From: Verrucomicrobiota bacterium
Lineage (GTDB): Bacteria; Verrucomicrobiota; Verrucomicrobiia; Limisphaerales; JADLHS01
Direction: 5' to 3'
Assembly: GCA_029573725.1 (NCBI GenBank)
Contig: JAKQDQ010000042.1
Span: 777-64,776 of the forward strand
DNA: 64,000 bases
Shown: piece by piece, positions 63,287-64,000 of the stretch
Numbering within the stretch: position 1 is the first letter of the stretch
Layout: each line of letters begins with the position of its first letter
The notes under the pieces: model-generated
The model's input: only the letters and a program-made list of their open reading frames with translations
Told to the model about the DNA's origin: nothing
Databases searched by the model: none
Translations under genes and position numbers: made by a program

Positions 63287-64000
63287 GTGATGCTTTCAGT
63301 AAAGCCCGCGCGATTGCCGTGACGCTCTTAAACACCGAGCCGTTGCGGACGCCGGAGGTGATTCACGCCCAGGTTCAGAAGGCCATCTCCATCATCCCCG
63401 GCCTGACGGCGGAAGATGGCGAGGCACTTGTCGCCCAACTGATGCACGAGGCCAATGTCTTTGTGCCTGATGCAACCTTGATGGATGACCCAACCGACCA
63501 CATCGAATGGCTTCCAACCAAGCGCGCGGTGATTCAGGAAAAGCAGGGCTGGAAATTTTGGAATCGCTACAAGGAATTTCTGGAAAAGGACAAGAAGCTT
63601 CCCGAACCGGTCGTGAGCGCCCTTGGAAAACTCACCGATGATATTCTCGGCAAGCTCGAAGACCCCGAACGAACACCGTCATGGGATTGTCGCGGCATGG
63701 TTGTCGGCAGCGTGCAGTCTGGCAAGACCGCCAACTACTGCGGCCTCATCTGCAAGGCGATTGACTCCGGCTATCGGCTGGTCGTGGTGCTCGCCGGGAT
63801 GCACAACAATCTTCGCAGCCAGACGCAATACCGTCTCGACGAAGGCGTGCTTGGGCGCGACAGCCAGAAAGACCGCCAGCTTGACCAGACGACAAGTTTG
63901 ATTGGCGTCGGAAAACTTTTCGGCCAGTTGCTACCCGTTCACACACTCACAAGCAGTCTGGACGATGGCGACTTTCGCGCGCCCAAGGCCGACACAGGCG
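63283..64000 (+). CDS. Z1 domain protein (3' end lies outside the window)
   Basis: The ATG overlaps the upstream stop (ATGA). GSVQSGKTANYCGLICKAIDSGYRLVVVLAGMHNNLRSQTQYRLDEG is the characteristic Z1 P-loop region. The frame stays open to the window end and is not in the supplied ORF track because it has no stop. Confidence 0.8.
   Translation, partial: MSDAFSKARAIAVTLLNTEPLRTPEVIHAQVQKAISIIPGLTAEDGEALVAQLMHEANVFVPDATLMDDPTDHIEWLPTKRAVIQEKQGWKFWNRYKEFLEKDKKLPEPVVSALGKLTDDILGKLEDPERTPSWDCRGMVVGSVQSGKTANYCGLICKAIDSGYRLVVVLAGMHNNLRSQTQYRLDEGVLGRDSQKDRQLDQTTSLIGVGKLFGQLLPVHTLTSSLDDGDFRAPKADTG

Larger units (their letters stand above)
34597..64000. mobile_element. integrated phage-related element (head and packaging modules but no tail genes); right end not in the window
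   Basis: It is bounded on the left by the tRNA fragment. It contains TerS, TerL, portal, scaffold, MCP, adaptor, a primase/helicase module, XRE and AlpA-like HTH proteins, nucleases and a defence-type island. No second att copy or integrase is seen up to position 64000. Confidence 0.65.

Overview
This is a high-GC (about 60%) chromosome segment from a Gram-negative bacterium. The lineage cannot be fixed by eye. Positions 1-34.5 kb look like ordinary core genome. They hold pyrC (5' end cut by the window), a thioredoxin-fold protein, ruvA/ruvC, pssA, a LysE exporter, a SufU-like scaffold and the class II B12-dependent ribonucleotide reductase nrdJ. They also hold an MFS transporter, cutA, glpQ, a GH16 glucanase, trmB, a tricorn-like protease, a MacAB-type ABC efflux operon, an ExbB/ExbD/TonB-like cluster, pfkA and a Zn peptidase. 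At 34597-34621 a 25-nt tRNA 3'-end fragment (Pro-like acceptor, no 5' half) marks the border of an integrated mobile element that fills the rest of the window (more than 29 kb). The element has a full packaging and head module: TerS, TerL, portal, scaffold, major capsid and adaptor. It also has a P4/PICI-like replication module: XRE, AlpA-like HTH, nucleases, an SSB-like protein, primase and an AAA_25 helicase. I can find no tail, lysis or integrase gene inside the window, so it is either a capsid-forming satellite-like element or a tail-less defective prophage. Five things stand out. (1) A 5-kb opposite-strand island splits TerL from portal. It carries an SRAP gene, plasmid-type accessory ORFs, two long nested hairpins (195 and 144 bp) and about 1.6 kb of ORF-poor, hairpin-dense sequence that could be structured RNA. 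(2) An ATP-grasp ligase sits inside the head module between two FN3-domain ORFs. (3) A WYL-domain regulator is followed by two unrecognisable co-oriented genes of about 390-400 aa, a candidate uncharacterised system. (4) Divergent from the WYL gene is an operon with an unknown 431-aa protein, a frameshifted C5 cytosine methyltransferase, a MORC-like GHKL ATPase and a Z1-domain protein. (5) REP-like hairpin repeats are translated inside phage genes. All calls come from reading the translated ORFs and the nucleotide sequence. No database search or folding was possible, and start codons are approximate.
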